A DNA stretch of 64,000 nucleotides, taken from the NCBI GenBank assembly GCA_965232515.1, contig CBDDPY010000002.1, positions 4,736,001-4,800,000 of the forward strand. Reading direction: 5' to 3'. The notes under the pieces are model-generated. The model was not told the origin of the DNA, searched no databases, and saw nothing but the letters and a program-made list of their open reading frames with translations. The position numbers and the translations under genes were made by a program. Origin of the DNA: Alphaproteobacteria bacterium. GTDB taxonomy: Bacteria; Pseudomonadota; Alphaproteobacteria; GCA-2731375. Shown here piece after piece: positions 19,323-29,019 of the stretch. Every line of letters starts with the position of its first letter. Position 1 is the first letter of the stretch.

Positions 19323-20312
19323 ATGCGCGCGTTCGTCCGAGTTCTTCATCTGTCGCTATGCCTCGCCGTGCTGCCCACGGCGGCGTGGCCGCAGACCGAC
19401 CACGGCACCTTCAGCCTGCAGATCGAAAACGACCGGGTTGCCGCCACCGACCGGCACTATACGCATGGCACGCGGCTCGGCTGGGTCTCGCCCCGCGGCC
19501 AGCCGCCGGCCTGGTCGCAAACGCTGTTCGACGAGATCTTCGTTGATGTTAAGGGCGAACGGCGGCTGGGCTTCAGCCTGGGCCAGAGCATCTTCACGCC
19601 CGACGACACCGAATCCATCGCCGTGGTGGACGACGACCGGCCCTATGCCGGCTGGCTCTACGGCGGCATGGAGCTGATTGTCGAGGACGCCGACGATTTC
19701 CGCCGCGTCGCGCTGGACCTCGGCATCGTCGGCCCTTCCGCCAAGGCCGAGCAGACGCAGAACGAATTCCACGAGCTGATCGGCGTCAGCCGCTCGAACG
19801 GCTGGGACAACCAGCTCAATGACGAGCTCGGTTTCGCGCTCTTCGCCGAGCGCAAGTGGCGCGACGCCTCGCGCTTCCCCTTCGCCGGCGTCAACGGCGA
19901 CGTGACCTGGAACCTCGGCGGCAGCCTGGGCAACGTGCTGACCTACGCGGCCGCCGGCGTCGCCCTGCGTGTCGGCAACCAGCTCGACAGCGACTTCGGC
20001 CCGCCGCGCATCCGGCCCAGCCTGTCCGGCTCGGCCTTCTTCGACCCCGTGCCGTTCCGCAAATTCGGCTGGTACCTGTTCGCCGGCGTTGAGCTGCGCG
20101 CCGTCGGCCGCAACATTTTCCTCGACGGCAACACCATTTCCGACAGCCACGACGTTTCGAAAAAGCCCGTTGTCGGCGACTTCCAGGCCGGCCTGGCGTT
20201 GTTCTACGGCCGCGCCCGCCTCACCTATACCGGCGTCTTCCGCACCAAGGAGTTCGACGGCCAGCCCGAGGCCGACCGTTTCGGCGCCATCAGCCTGTCC
20301 TTCACGTTCTAG
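19323..20312 (+). CDS. lpxR: Lipid A 3'-O-deacylase LpxR family (DUF2219)
   Basis: END...DRHYTHG, GQSIFTP, DRPYAGWLY, GWDNQL, NIFLDGN, C-terminal Phe. Confidence 0.85.
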   Translation: MRAFVRVLHLSLCLAVLPTAAWPQTDHGTFSLQIENDRVAATDRHYTHGTRLGWVSPRGQPPAWSQTLFDEIFVDVKGERRLGFSLGQSIFTPDDTESIAVVDDDRPYAGWLYGGMELIVEDADDFRRVALDLGIVGPSAKAEQTQNEFHELIGVSRSNGWDNQLNDELGFALFAERKWRDASRFPFAGVNGDVTWNLGGSLGNVLTYAAAGVALRVGNQLDSDFGPPRIRPSLSGSAFFDPVPFRKFGWYLFAGVELRAVGRNIFLDGNTISDSHDVSKKPVVGDFQAGLALFYGRARLTYTGVFRTKEFDGQPEADRFGAISLSFTF

Positions 20313-20331
20313 TGACCGCGCCGCCGATCCG

Positions 20332-20396
20332 TTAAGCACGAAATTCCGCCATTTCGACACGGAACCGGTCTAATATCGTTGCCAATTCGTTAACGG
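20332..20396 (+). promoter_or_regulatory. Conserved upstream element of FecR-domain gene 1
   Basis: Aligns with 23185-23250 and shares ATTCGTTAACGG. Confidence 0.5.
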
Positions 20397-20465
20397 TTGG
20401 GGTTCGGGCGTTGCGAATGTGGCGCTTGCCTCGACCTTGGCGGGAAAAACAGGGGCGGCGCGGCC

Positions 20466-23144
20466 ATGCGGACCAATCGGCAATCGCGAATTCCATCCGG
20501 CCTTTCCGGGCTGGCAATCCTGACGGCCCTGGCGCTGACGGCGTCGGCGGCATCGGCCGAGACCATCGGCATCACGTCTGCGGTGAACCTGAACGCGGTC
20601 GGCACGCCGCCGCAGCAGGACACCCGCGTGCTGCAGGTCGGCCTCGATGTCTTTGCCGCGGAAAAGGTCGATACCGGCAAGGTCGGCCAGACGCATCTGA
20701 TCTTCGACGACGGCTCGGCGCTGACCATCGGTCCGTCGTCGACCGTGGTGCTGGACGAGTTCGTCTACGATCCCGACGCCCAGGCCGGCAAGATCGCGGC
20801 CTCGGTCGGCAAGGGTCTGATGCGCTTCGTCGGCGGCAAGATCAGCAAGAAGACCCCGGTGTTGTTCAAGACCCCGAACTCGCTGATCGGCATTCGCGGC
20901 GGCATCGCGCTCGTCGAATCCAACACGCCGGCCGAGGTCCAGGCGGCGCAGGCCGCCGGCCGCGACCTGCCGCTGTCGGCGGTGACGCTGATCTTCGGCA
21001 TCGAGGCCTTCATGCAGGTCGGCGACCGCACCGAGACCATGACCCGGCCTGGCTCGCGCATTGTCCAGCGGGCCGACGGCACCGTGCTGCCGGCCGCCCC
21101 GGTCTCGCAAGACACGCTCGACAGCGCGCTGACGCTGCTCGAGGACCGCGGACAGGCCGACGTCGCCGAGTTGGTGGACACGCTCGGCGCCGGGCCGCAG
21201 GCCGTGGCCCAGATCGCGCCAGCGGCCGGCGGCGCCTTCGGCGTCGGCGACGACGACGTCGCCGCCACCCAGCTCGCCGACCTCAGCTCAGGCAACAACC
21301 CCGACGCGCTCGTCCCGCCGGGACCGCCGGGCATCGATCCCGTCGATTTCGAGGATCCCACCGAGATCCGCATCCCCGACCAGGCCGGCTCCGGCAGCAG
21401 CATCATCGACAGCACCAGCAGCGGCATATCGATCGCCGGGCTTTTCTCCGGCCGGGTCAAGCACGCCTTCGACCCGGAACTGGGCACCGACGACCTCGAT
21501 CCGGACTTCAATCTCGCCTTCGCCAACGCCGTGGTGGAGAGCGGCATTTTCGACGCGCCGACGTCGCCATCGCTGACCCTGAACATTGCCCCGGGCGACT
21601 TCTCCGCGACCTCGACGTCACAACCCTTCGTCAACGACACGCTGATCGGCACCGGCGTGCTGAACGACGCCCAGGACTTCGTCTTCTACGAGCTCGATGA
21701 AACGAGCTTCGATCACAAGGTGCTGGCCTGGGCCGGTTTGCCGACACCCCTCAGCGAGTTTCCGACATCGGGCACTACGTCCTATGCCTTGCGGGACGAT
21801 TTCGTGCTCGGCGGCGTGCAGATCCCGTTCGTGGTCTCGGACACCGGCGGCTTGATCGATGCCGGCCAAACGCCAACGGCCTTCATCACCTGGGACGATC
21901 AGGGTGTCACCAACCCGTCCTTCTATGGATCGACGATCGTGATCTCGGGGCTTGGCCCCCTCGCAGGCCAGGGTCAGATTTCGGTCGCCAGCGTGTTTGC
22001 CGGCAGCGTTTTCGACGTTACGTCGACCCCGAGGATCTTTGCTGATTTCCGTGGCAGCGCCAGCGACACGTTTGAAAACGCCGCATTGGTCGGCACGGCA
22101 AGTTCGTCGACCGACGACCTCCTCAACAGCTTCTACGGCAATTCGGGGCCGAACAACTTCGTGCTCGAAGCGCTGCCGGGCACACAAATCCAGGCATTCA
22201 GCGATTCGCTTGGATCGATCCTCTACAACCCCAATGCCATCGCCACCAACACCGATGTGCCTGACGCCGGTGTGCAACAGTCGGGCGACCCCTTGACCGG
22301 CTTCTACAGCGGCTTCACCAAGGAGTTCGACGCCGGTGGTGTTTTCGATGCGCATCTGGCCGTCTCGGGCGGCATCACCATCAACAAGGACACGACGGCG
22401 AACCAGGTGGACGTCGCGATCGGCGTGGACAACCTGGCGGGCGGCGGCAGCTTCACCCTGAACTTCGGCGGCGCCAGCCGCAGCGCCTATATCGACGATG
22501 ATCGCTTCGCCGCCATCGAGCCGTTCACGCCGAACACCTATGGCAGCAGCGGACAGCCGGTCACCGAACTGGCCTACATCGTTACCGGCGACCAGGTCAG
22601 CTTCGACGGCGCCCTGCCGGCCGGCGTAACGATCTGCGACTGTGAATTCACCACCTGGGGATTCGCGGGCCTTTTGGCCGAGTTCAACGACGGCTCAAGC
22701 TCGGAAACGCACTTGTTGCCATGGGTCGCGGGCGAGATCCCGGATGCCGCGCAATTCGCCACGACAGCGACGGGCGTGCTCTACGAAGGCACCGTCGTCG
22801 GCACGACCGTGATCGGCGGCACCGGGAACGTGGGCGCCTCGGTGCACAAGGCCTTCGGCAGCATATCCATTGAGTTCGACTTCACGCCGGGTTTCGTCAG
22901 CGTCAATGGCGGCAGCATCACGAATTACGATGGCGGCACTTTTGCGATCTCGGCCGCCGGCTCACCGATCGGGACCACGTATATCTTCGATGTAACCGGC
23001 AACATCCCGGGTATCGGAAACGTGGACGGCAACGGCAATGGCGGTTTCGTCGGCACCGGCACGCCGCCGCAGAACACCATCGGACAGGGCGGGCTGACCG
23101 GGTCGAGCTACGATTCGCAGTTTGTCTTCTTCGCCGAGAACTGA
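20466..23144 (+). CDS. Large secreted FecR-domain protein, paralog 1
   Basis: Signal peptide ASA-ETIG, FecR-like domain (F.DGS.LTIGP.S.VVLDEFVYDP, G..RFV.G, TP...IGIRGG), then a long acidic beta-rich region with TICDCEFTTWGF. Confidence 0.8.
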   Translation: MRTNRQSRIPSGLSGLAILTALALTASAASAETIGITSAVNLNAVGTPPQQDTRVLQVGLDVFAAEKVDTGKVGQTHLIFDDGSALTIGPSSTVVLDEFVYDPDAQAGKIAASVGKGLMRFVGGKISKKTPVLFKTPNSLIGIRGGIALVESNTPAEVQAAQAAGRDLPLSAVTLIFGIEAFMQVGDRTETMTRPGSRIVQRADGTVLPAAPVSQDTLDSALTLLEDRGQADVAELVDTLGAGPQAVAQIAPAAGGAFGVGDDDVAATQLADLSSGNNPDALVPPGPPGIDPVDFEDPTEIRIPDQAGSGSSIIDSTSSGISIAGLFSGRVKHAFDPELGTDDLDPDFNLAFANAVVESGIFDAPTSPSLTLNIAPGDFSATSTSQPFVNDTLIGTGVLNDAQDFVFYELDETSFDHKVLAWAGLPTPLSEFPTSGTTSYALRDDFVLGGVQIPFVVSDTGGLIDAGQTPTAFITWDDQGVTNPSFYGSTIVISGLGPLAGQGQISVASVFAGSVFDVTSTPRIFADFRGSASDTFENAALVGTASSSTDDLLNSFYGNSGPNNFVLEALPGTQIQAFSDSLGSILYNPNAIATNTDVPDAGVQQSGDPLTGFYSGFTKEFDAGGVFDAHLAVSGGITINKDTTANQVDVAIGVDNLAGGGSFTLNFGGASRSAYIDDDRFAAIEPFTPNTYGSSGQPVTELAYIVTGDQVSFDGALPAGVTICDCEFTTWGFAGLLAEFNDGSSSETHLLPWVAGEIPDAAQFATTATGVLYEGTVVGTTVIGGTGNVGASVHKAFGSISIEFDFTPGFVSVNGGSITNYDGGTFAISAAGSPIGTTYIFDVTGNIPGIGNVDGNGNGGFVGTGTPPQNTIGQGGLTGSSYDSQFVFFAEN
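20554..20916 (+). repeat. Direct repeat copy 1 (FecR domain coding region)
   Basis: Highly similar to 23404-23766 (offset 2850). Confidence 0.85.
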
Positions 23145-23184
23145 TGCGGCCTGATTTCTGTCGGTAACCCTTTAAGGGGAGCCA

Positions 23185-23250
23185 TTAACGACGAATGTAT
23201 GCCGCCTTTCGGTGCGAAAGGCATTATTATGGTTTGAGATTCGTTAACGG
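23185..23250 (+). promoter_or_regulatory. Conserved upstream element of FecR-domain gene 2
   Basis: Aligns with 20332-20396 and shares ATTCGTTAACGG. Confidence 0.5.
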
Positions 23251-23312
23251 GCGGATTCGGTAGATTTCCCCACCACAATTTGGCGTAAACGTAAGTCAGG
23301 GGCGCGTTAGTC

Positions 23313-26141
23313 ATGTCGACGTTTCGGGCACGTCGCGGTTTCTGCGGCATCCTCACCTTAACCATCCTCGCGGCCACCACGGCGTTGACGGCTGTGCCGG
23401 CGGCGGCCGAGACCATCGGCATCACCTCGGCGGTGAACCTGAACGCCGTCGGCACGCCGCCGGCCCAGGACACCCGCGTGCTGCAGGTCGGCCTCGACAT
23501 GTTCGCGAACGAGAAGGTGGATACCGGCCAGGTCGGCCAGACCCACCTGATCTTCGAGGACGGCTCGGCGCTGACCATCGGTCCGAACTCGTCGGTCGTG
23601 CTGGACGAGTTCGTCTACGACCCCGAGGCCCAGTCCGGCAAGCTCGTGGTCTCGGTCGGCAAGGGCCTGATGCGCTATGTCGGCGGCAAGATCAGCAAGA
23701 AGACGCCCGTCCTGTTCAAGACGCCGAGCTCGGTCATTGGCATCCGCGGCGGCATCGCGCTGATCGAGGCGAACGCGCCCGCCCAAGCAGGCGCTGCCCA
23801 GGGCCAGGGCGGCGACGCCCCGCTGTCGTCGGTGACCCTGATTTACGGCAAGGACGCCTTCCTGCAGTCCGGCGACCGCGTCGAACGCATGACGCGTCCC
23901 GGCTCGCAGATCGTCCAGCAGCTCGACCGCACGGTGATGCCGCCGGTCGTCGTGCCGCCGAGCGTACTGCAGGGCGCGTTGGGCCGGCTGGAGGAGACCG
24001 GCAATGCCGACGCCGGCGAACTGGTCAATGCGCTGGGCGCCTCGCCGCAGGCGCTCGCCGAACTGGCGCCGGCCGCCGGCCCCGATGTCGGCGACGAAGA
24101 CATCGCCGACTCGCAGCTCGCCGCCCTCAGCTCGAACAACGATCCGAATATCCTGATCCCCATTGCGCCCAATCTCAGCCCGGTCGCCTTCGAAGACCCG
24201 CAAGAAGTACTGGTCCCCGATCAGGCCGGCTCGGGCAGCAACATCATTCCGTCGACGGCAAGCTCCACGACCAGCATATCCCTTGAGACGACTGGCGCCA
24301 TCAAGCGGGCCGTCAACCCGGAGTTCGGCGCCAGCTTCGCCGACCCCAATAGTTTCTTTCCATTTATCAGTGTCTCCGCGCTCGACGGCGGCACGTTCAG
24401 CGCGACGTCGATTAACGGCGGCGATCTGGTGCTGCCGATCGGTACCGGCACGTTTCCGGCGACGTCGACAGCACAACCGTTCGGCGCGACGCCACTGGAC
24501 GGCATCGGCGTCCTGTCCGACACAGGCGATTTCCTGTTCTACGAGCTCGAGGACCCGAGCGACGGTAGCCGCGTCCTCGCTTATGCCGGCAACCCGACGC
24601 CGCTCGACGCCTTCCCAACGTCGGGCGTGACCGCTTATGAATTGCGCGACGATTTCGCCCTCGGCGGCGTGCAGATCCCCTTCGTCAGCCCGTTTCAGGA
24701 GTTCGGCCTGATCGACGCCGGCCAGACGCCGGTGGCCTACATCAATTGGAACGGTGACGTCAGCTCGACGTCCGATCCGGTCCTCCCGGCATTCTATTCG
24801 TCGACCATCGTCATCTCCGGCTCAGGACAGGGACAGAATTCGGTGGCCAGTGTGATTGTCGGCAACCTGCTCAACGACGGACTGAGCGAGACACAGCCGT
24901 TCCTGATCGGCAACTTTCGCGGCAGCGCCAGCGACACGGTCGAGACCACGGGCTATACCGGCTTCGCGATTGCCGGCCTGGAGGAAGTTAGCAGTTCTTT
25001 CTACGGCCAGACTGGCGCGCCCGGTATCGACGATACCGGTCCGGAAAACTTCGTACTGCAGTCGGTTGCCAACGTCGTGTTGCCGCCGGATGGCGACGAC
25101 ATCCCGTATGGCGCCAACGCGGTCGCCACGGCGATCGATCCCGGCGATGCCGGCGCCCAGAATGAAATGCGGGTGATGAACGGCTTCTTCAACGGTTTCA
25201 GCACCGAGTTCGATGAAAACGGGAACTTTGTCGAGATATTCGCCCAGTCCAATGTCGAGGACGACGAGGGGGGGCTTTTGATCACGACAATGCCCGAGAC
25301 AAACCAGGTCTCGGTGCAGGTGGAGACCGGACGCATCGGTCCCAACCCAGGTCTGACGACGCTGTTGTTCGGCGACTCGTCGACCGGCAGCATCAACCGC
25401 AGCGCCTTCATCGACAACAGGCGTTTCGCCGCGATCGAGCCGATCGTCAACAACACCTACAACACGCCGCTCGATACGTCTGAGGAAAATCCGGAGATCG
25501 CTTACTTCGTGACGGGCGATCAGGTCAGCTTCGCCAACGGCGCCGCCGACGGCGTGACGATCTGCGAGTGCGAGTTCACGACCTGGGGCTTCATGGCCCT
25601 CGGCGTGGACTTCGCGAGCGGCGAAAGCAGCGAAATTCACCTGATGCCCTGGGTCGCGGGCGAGATCGCCGAGGCGAGTCGGTTCGCCAACCTGTCCGGA
25701 CAGGCGACCTACCAGGGCACCGTCGTCGGCACGGTCTTGCGGGGGCTGCCGACGGATCCGAGTGCGACGCTGCACAAGACCTTCGGCAACATCGATCTGC
25801 AGTTTACCTTCGCGCCAAATACCGTGGTGGTGAACGGCGGCACCATCACCAATTTCGACAATGGCGGCACGATTAATCTGGTGACCGGCGGCACCTCCAG
25901 CGCACCGTTCTTCAGTTTCGGTGTCGATACGGGCAGCAGCACGATCCCCAACGTTTTCGCGCTCACCGACGGACGCGGGGTCGGCTATCTGACAGGGCCG
26001 GGCGAGGTGCCGGCAAACGCCATCGGCAACGGGAGCGTTGTCGGCAGCCTTACCGACAACTTGAGCAATCAGGACTACCAGGCGAATTTTGTGATCTTTG
26101 CCGAAACGGACGGGTTGGAACCGCCGCTGCTGCTTCCCTGA
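23313..26141 (+). CDS. Large secreted FecR-domain protein, paralog 2
   Basis: Same architecture as paralog 1: AAA-ETIG, TICECEFTTWGF, PWVAGEI. Confidence 0.8.
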   Translation: MSTFRARRGFCGILTLTILAATTALTAVPAAAETIGITSAVNLNAVGTPPAQDTRVLQVGLDMFANEKVDTGQVGQTHLIFEDGSALTIGPNSSVVLDEFVYDPEAQSGKLVVSVGKGLMRYVGGKISKKTPVLFKTPSSVIGIRGGIALIEANAPAQAGAAQGQGGDAPLSSVTLIYGKDAFLQSGDRVERMTRPGSQIVQQLDRTVMPPVVVPPSVLQGALGRLEETGNADAGELVNALGASPQALAELAPAAGPDVGDEDIADSQLAALSSNNDPNILIPIAPNLSPVAFEDPQEVLVPDQAGSGSNIIPSTASSTTSISLETTGAIKRAVNPEFGASFADPNSFFPFISVSALDGGTFSATSINGGDLVLPIGTGTFPATSTAQPFGATPLDGIGVLSDTGDFLFYELEDPSDGSRVLAYAGNPTPLDAFPTSGVTAYELRDDFALGGVQIPFVSPFQEFGLIDAGQTPVAYINWNGDVSSTSDPVLPAFYSSTIVISGSGQGQNSVASVIVGNLLNDGLSETQPFLIGNFRGSASDTVETTGYTGFAIAGLEEVSSSFYGQTGAPGIDDTGPENFVLQSVANVVLPPDGDDIPYGANAVATAIDPGDAGAQNEMRVMNGFFNGFSTEFDENGNFVEIFAQSNVEDDEGGLLITTMPETNQVSVQVETGRIGPNPGLTTLLFGDSSTGSINRSAFIDNRRFAAIEPIVNNTYNTPLDTSEENPEIAYFVTGDQVSFANGAADGVTICECEFTTWGFMALGVDFASGESSEIHLMPWVAGEIAEASRFANLSGQATYQGTVVGTVLRGLPTDPSATLHKTFGNIDLQFTFAPNTVVVNGGTITNFDNGGTINLVTGGTSSAPFFSFGVDTGSSTIPNVFALTDGRGVGYLTGPGEVPANAIGNGSVVGSLTDNLSNQDYQANFVIFAETDGLEPPLLLP
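23404..23766 (+). repeat. Direct repeat copy 2 (FecR domain coding region)
   Basis: Highly similar to 20554-20916. Confidence 0.85.
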
Positions 26142-26247
26142 ACGATCCGCCGGTCGCGGAACCCGGCATCCCGTTCATCGACGGCGCCTCCGACATCTGA
26201 CGGCGGCACGGCCCCGCGCGGACCACGGGCGGGGCGAGAAAGGCGGA

Positions 26248-27003
26248 TCAAGCGCGTCGTTCGCGCCGGCCCGCTTTCGCCCTGTGCGGGAAGCGGCTGA
26301 AGAAGCCCAGCCCGGCCAGGCCGGCGAGGAAGACGCCGAGGCTCGCGGGCTCGGGGACGGCGATCGAGACCTGGGAAAATCGCTGGTCGAACTGCGTGAG
26401 GCGGCCGAAGTCCTCCGCGCCTTCCACCACGCCGAACAGGATCGTCGAGACGCCGATGCTCTGCTGCGGCGCGAAGGTTGCCTCGGCCAGTGGGTCGTCG
26501 ATGACCGGCTCGCCCTGCGAGGTCACGATCTTCGTCGCCAGGATCGTGTCCTCCGTCCCGTCATCGACGCCCTCGAGGATTTGCACCAGCGCAAAGCCCT
26601 CGGTAGCGGCATCCACGAGCTCGAGAGTGTTGCCGCTGATCCGCTGCGTCGGATCGAGCACCGTGACGGTGAACCTGAAGCTGATCTGGAACTCCTCGCC
26701 GAGGGTGTCCAGCGTCAGGGCGCCGCCCGTGTCCGTGTAGCGCAGGCCCGGGTTGCTGGCAGGATCGTCGAGCGGCGTGACGTCGATCTGGGACAGATCG
26801 GTCCCCGCGGCGTTGGTGACCAGTTGCCAGTTGGAGAACAGCTTGTCGCCGGCGACGATGGTCTCCGGCGTTTCGCCGCCGAACAGGTCGGCGAGCGGGA
26901 TCGCATGGGCGCTGTTCGCCGCGGGCCCGAAAAAGCCGGCGACGAGCGCGCAACGCGCGAACATGCCCAGGTATCGCCGAAGCACTCCACTGGATCGGAT
27001 CAT
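26248..27003 (-). CDS. PEP-CTERM sorting domain protein
   Basis: Signal peptide AHA-IPL; C-terminal VPEPASL, TM helix and basic tail; GAGGAG Shine-Dalgarno before ATG 27003. Confidence 0.88.
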   Translation of the reverse strand: MIRSSGVLRRYLGMFARCALVAGFFGPAANSAHAIPLADLFGGETPETIVAGDKLFSNWQLVTNAAGTDLSQIDVTPLDDPASNPGLRYTDTGGALTLDTLGEEFQISFRFTVTVLDPTQRISGNTLELVDAATEGFALVQILEGVDDGTEDTILATKIVTSQGEPVIDDPLAEATFAPQQSIGVSTILFGVVEGAEDFGRLTQFDQRFSQVSIAVPEPASLGVFLAGLAGLGFFSRFPHRAKAGRRERRA

Positions 27004-27126
27004 GACGTTATCGCTCCTCAAGACGGCGTCGAAGTTCGGTCAATGATCCGGGCGGCCCGCGCCGCTGTCGATGAAAGCCTCTGAATAGGGGTATGCGAAT
27101 TCTTTGCCGCGCCGCGCGATACCTTT

Positions 27127-28020
27127 CTAGCGTCCCATGAAAAGCCGTTGGTCGCGGCGCGCCGACGCGCAGAGGTGTTCGATCACGGCGCGCACGCGCG
27201 CCGTCGCCTTGTGGTCGCGGTGGGTGAGCAGCCAGAGATCGACCTCGACGTCGAAACTGTCCGCCAGCACGCGCCTGATTCCCGGCGCCGCCGCGGCCAT
27301 GTAGAGGGGCAGGGCGAGAAGCCCGCAGCCGGCGATCATGGCCGCGAACTGAGTCAGCAGGTTGTCGCAGGCGAGGCGGACGGTCCGGCCGCCGGCCGCG
27401 TGGTCGCGCAGGAGCCTGACCTGGGGCAGGTTCGCGATCTCGCCGGTGGATTCGATGATGTCATGGCCGGCCAGATCCTCGAGGCCGTGCGGCGCGCCAT
27501 GCCGCTCGATGTAGCTGGCGGCCGCGAACAGGCCGAAGCAGGCCTTGGCCACGCGGTGGCCGATCAGGTTGTCGTCGCCGGGGTCGCCCAGGCGGATGGC
27601 GATATCGGCCCGATGGCGGGCGAGGTCGAGAGCCGGGACGCAGACGGAGAGCTCGATCTCGATGTCCGGATAGCGCGCCGCCAGATGGTGGATCTGATCC
27701 GGCAGCCAGTAGGTGCCGATGCCCTGCGCGGCGGTGATGCGGACCATGCCGGCGAGCCGGCTGTTCTCGCCGCCGACCTGCCGCTCGATGACCGTCATGG
27801 TGCCGTCGATGTCCCGCACCAGATCGAGGATTCTCAGGCCCGCGTCGGTCACGGTGTAGCCGTCCGGCCGGCGGTCGAACAGCCGCGCGTTGAGCGCCTG
27901 CTCCAGCATCTGGATCTGGCGGCCCACGGTCGGCTGGCTGACCGCCATGGCGCGGGCGGCCGCCGAGAGGCTGCCCGTGTCGGCCACCGCCAGGAAGTAT
28001 CGATAGGCGTCCCAGTCCAC
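27127..28020 (-). CDS. LysR family transcriptional regulator
   Basis: DWDAYRYFLAVA..GSLSAAAR..SQPTVGR HTH; ADIAIR; ARVRAV. Confidence 0.92.
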   Translation of the reverse strand: MDWDAYRYFLAVADTGSLSAAARAMAVSQPTVGRQIQMLEQALNARLFDRRPDGYTVTDAGLRILDLVRDIDGTMTVIERQVGGENSRLAGMVRITAAQGIGTYWLPDQIHHLAARYPDIEIELSVCVPALDLARHRADIAIRLGDPGDDNLIGHRVAKACFGLFAAASYIERHGAPHGLEDLAGHDIIESTGEIANLPQVRLLRDHAAGGRTVRLACDNLLTQFAAMIAGCGLLALPLYMAAAAPGIRRVLADSFDVEVDLWLLTHRDHKATARVRAVIEHLCASARRDQRLFMGR

Positions 28021-28086
28021 GATGCGGCTCTTAGGTTAGAATTGTTCAAATTTAGGGTATGTCACGCCAAGGTCCATGGCGCCAGA

Positions 28087-28102
28087 TGTGACAATCGTCA
28101 CA
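28087..28102. promoter_or_regulatory. Perfect CRP-type box
   Basis: TGTGA-CAATCG-TCACA matches TGTGA-N6-TCACA, in a divergent intergenic region. Confidence 0.6.
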
Positions 28103-28357
28103 CTTTTCCCGCCCGTCCGGTAAAACCACCGTGAGGCGAGCGTCTGCGCGCGAACATCCCCCCTCTGGTCGACGGCCGCACTCAAGAGAATTTTAGGATC
28201 TCTAAACAAAATCATTTAGTTGTTTCGGGATAGAGACGTATACACTTTATTGGAATCGTTATAAAAATTCGGCGCGCTTGCCGAAGCACGGCCGTCGGCC
28301 GGGCCATGGGCGAGCGCCGTTCGAAGGATGCCACGGAGATTGGTCTGGGAGGCTCGG

Positions 28358-28951
28358 ATGGGCGAGATGACCTCGGGCGCCAGCGGCAAGGGATGGCATG
28401 CCGCCGGCAACTATCCGCCGTCATCGGCGGTCATTCATCGATCGAGCTGGTTCTCGCTCAAGGTCAATGGTCCGGGCTTCCACCTGATTCCCTGCTCGGC
28501 CGATCTGCGCATGCTGCTCTCCCGTTGGGAAGAGCGGCGCGGCGACCGGCTGATACCGTCGCTGGACAGTATGGATCCGGACGCCGCCGGCGCGCTCCGA
28601 CCGTTCGTCTATCTGGTCGACGTGAGCCTCGAGCCCTTCGACCTCGCCTATCGCTTCCTCGGCGCGGACATCGTCAGCCGCAGCCGAGGCGACTATACCG
28701 GTCAGCGCCTGCGCGACCTGCCGAGCCAGGCGCCGCCAAGCCAGATCTGGCGCCTTTACGAATCGGCGGTGGTTCACCAGAGCCCCCATGCGCTCTTCGT
28801 GCCCCTGATCGACCATCCGGCCTTGCACGTCGAAGTGCTGGCGATGCCGCTCTCCGGCAAGGATCACCGTGTCGGCAGGCTGATCGGCGCAATCTCCTTC
28901 GATCTGGTCCATCGGCCCTATGTTCAGGATCGCGCCACCGCCGCGCACTGA
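28358..28951 (+). CDS. Stand-alone PAS-domain protein (PAS_5-like)
   Basis: W...RG.R..P....DP, YRFLG......G.DYTG, MPLS motifs; GGAGG Shine-Dalgarno. Confidence 0.75.
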   Translation: MGEMTSGASGKGWHAAGNYPPSSAVIHRSSWFSLKVNGPGFHLIPCSADLRMLLSRWEERRGDRLIPSLDSMDPDAAGALRPFVYLVDVSLEPFDLAYRFLGADIVSRSRGDYTGQRLRDLPSQAPPSQIWRLYESAVVHQSPHALFVPLIDHPALHVEVLAMPLSGKDHRVGRLIGAISFDLVHRPYVQDRATAAH

Positions 28952-29019
28952 TGCCAATGGTCGGGGGCCGGACGGCAAAGCCGCGAACGCGGGTCGGCAG
29001 GCCCATTGTCGAACGGTCG

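Noticed and set aside
20466-26141. FecR pair as classical FecIR iron-signalling genes, autotransporters or a diversity-generating retroelement target
   Set aside because: No ECF sigma factor, TonB receptor, autotransporter barrel signature or reverse transcriptase; the repeat differences are not adenine-specific.
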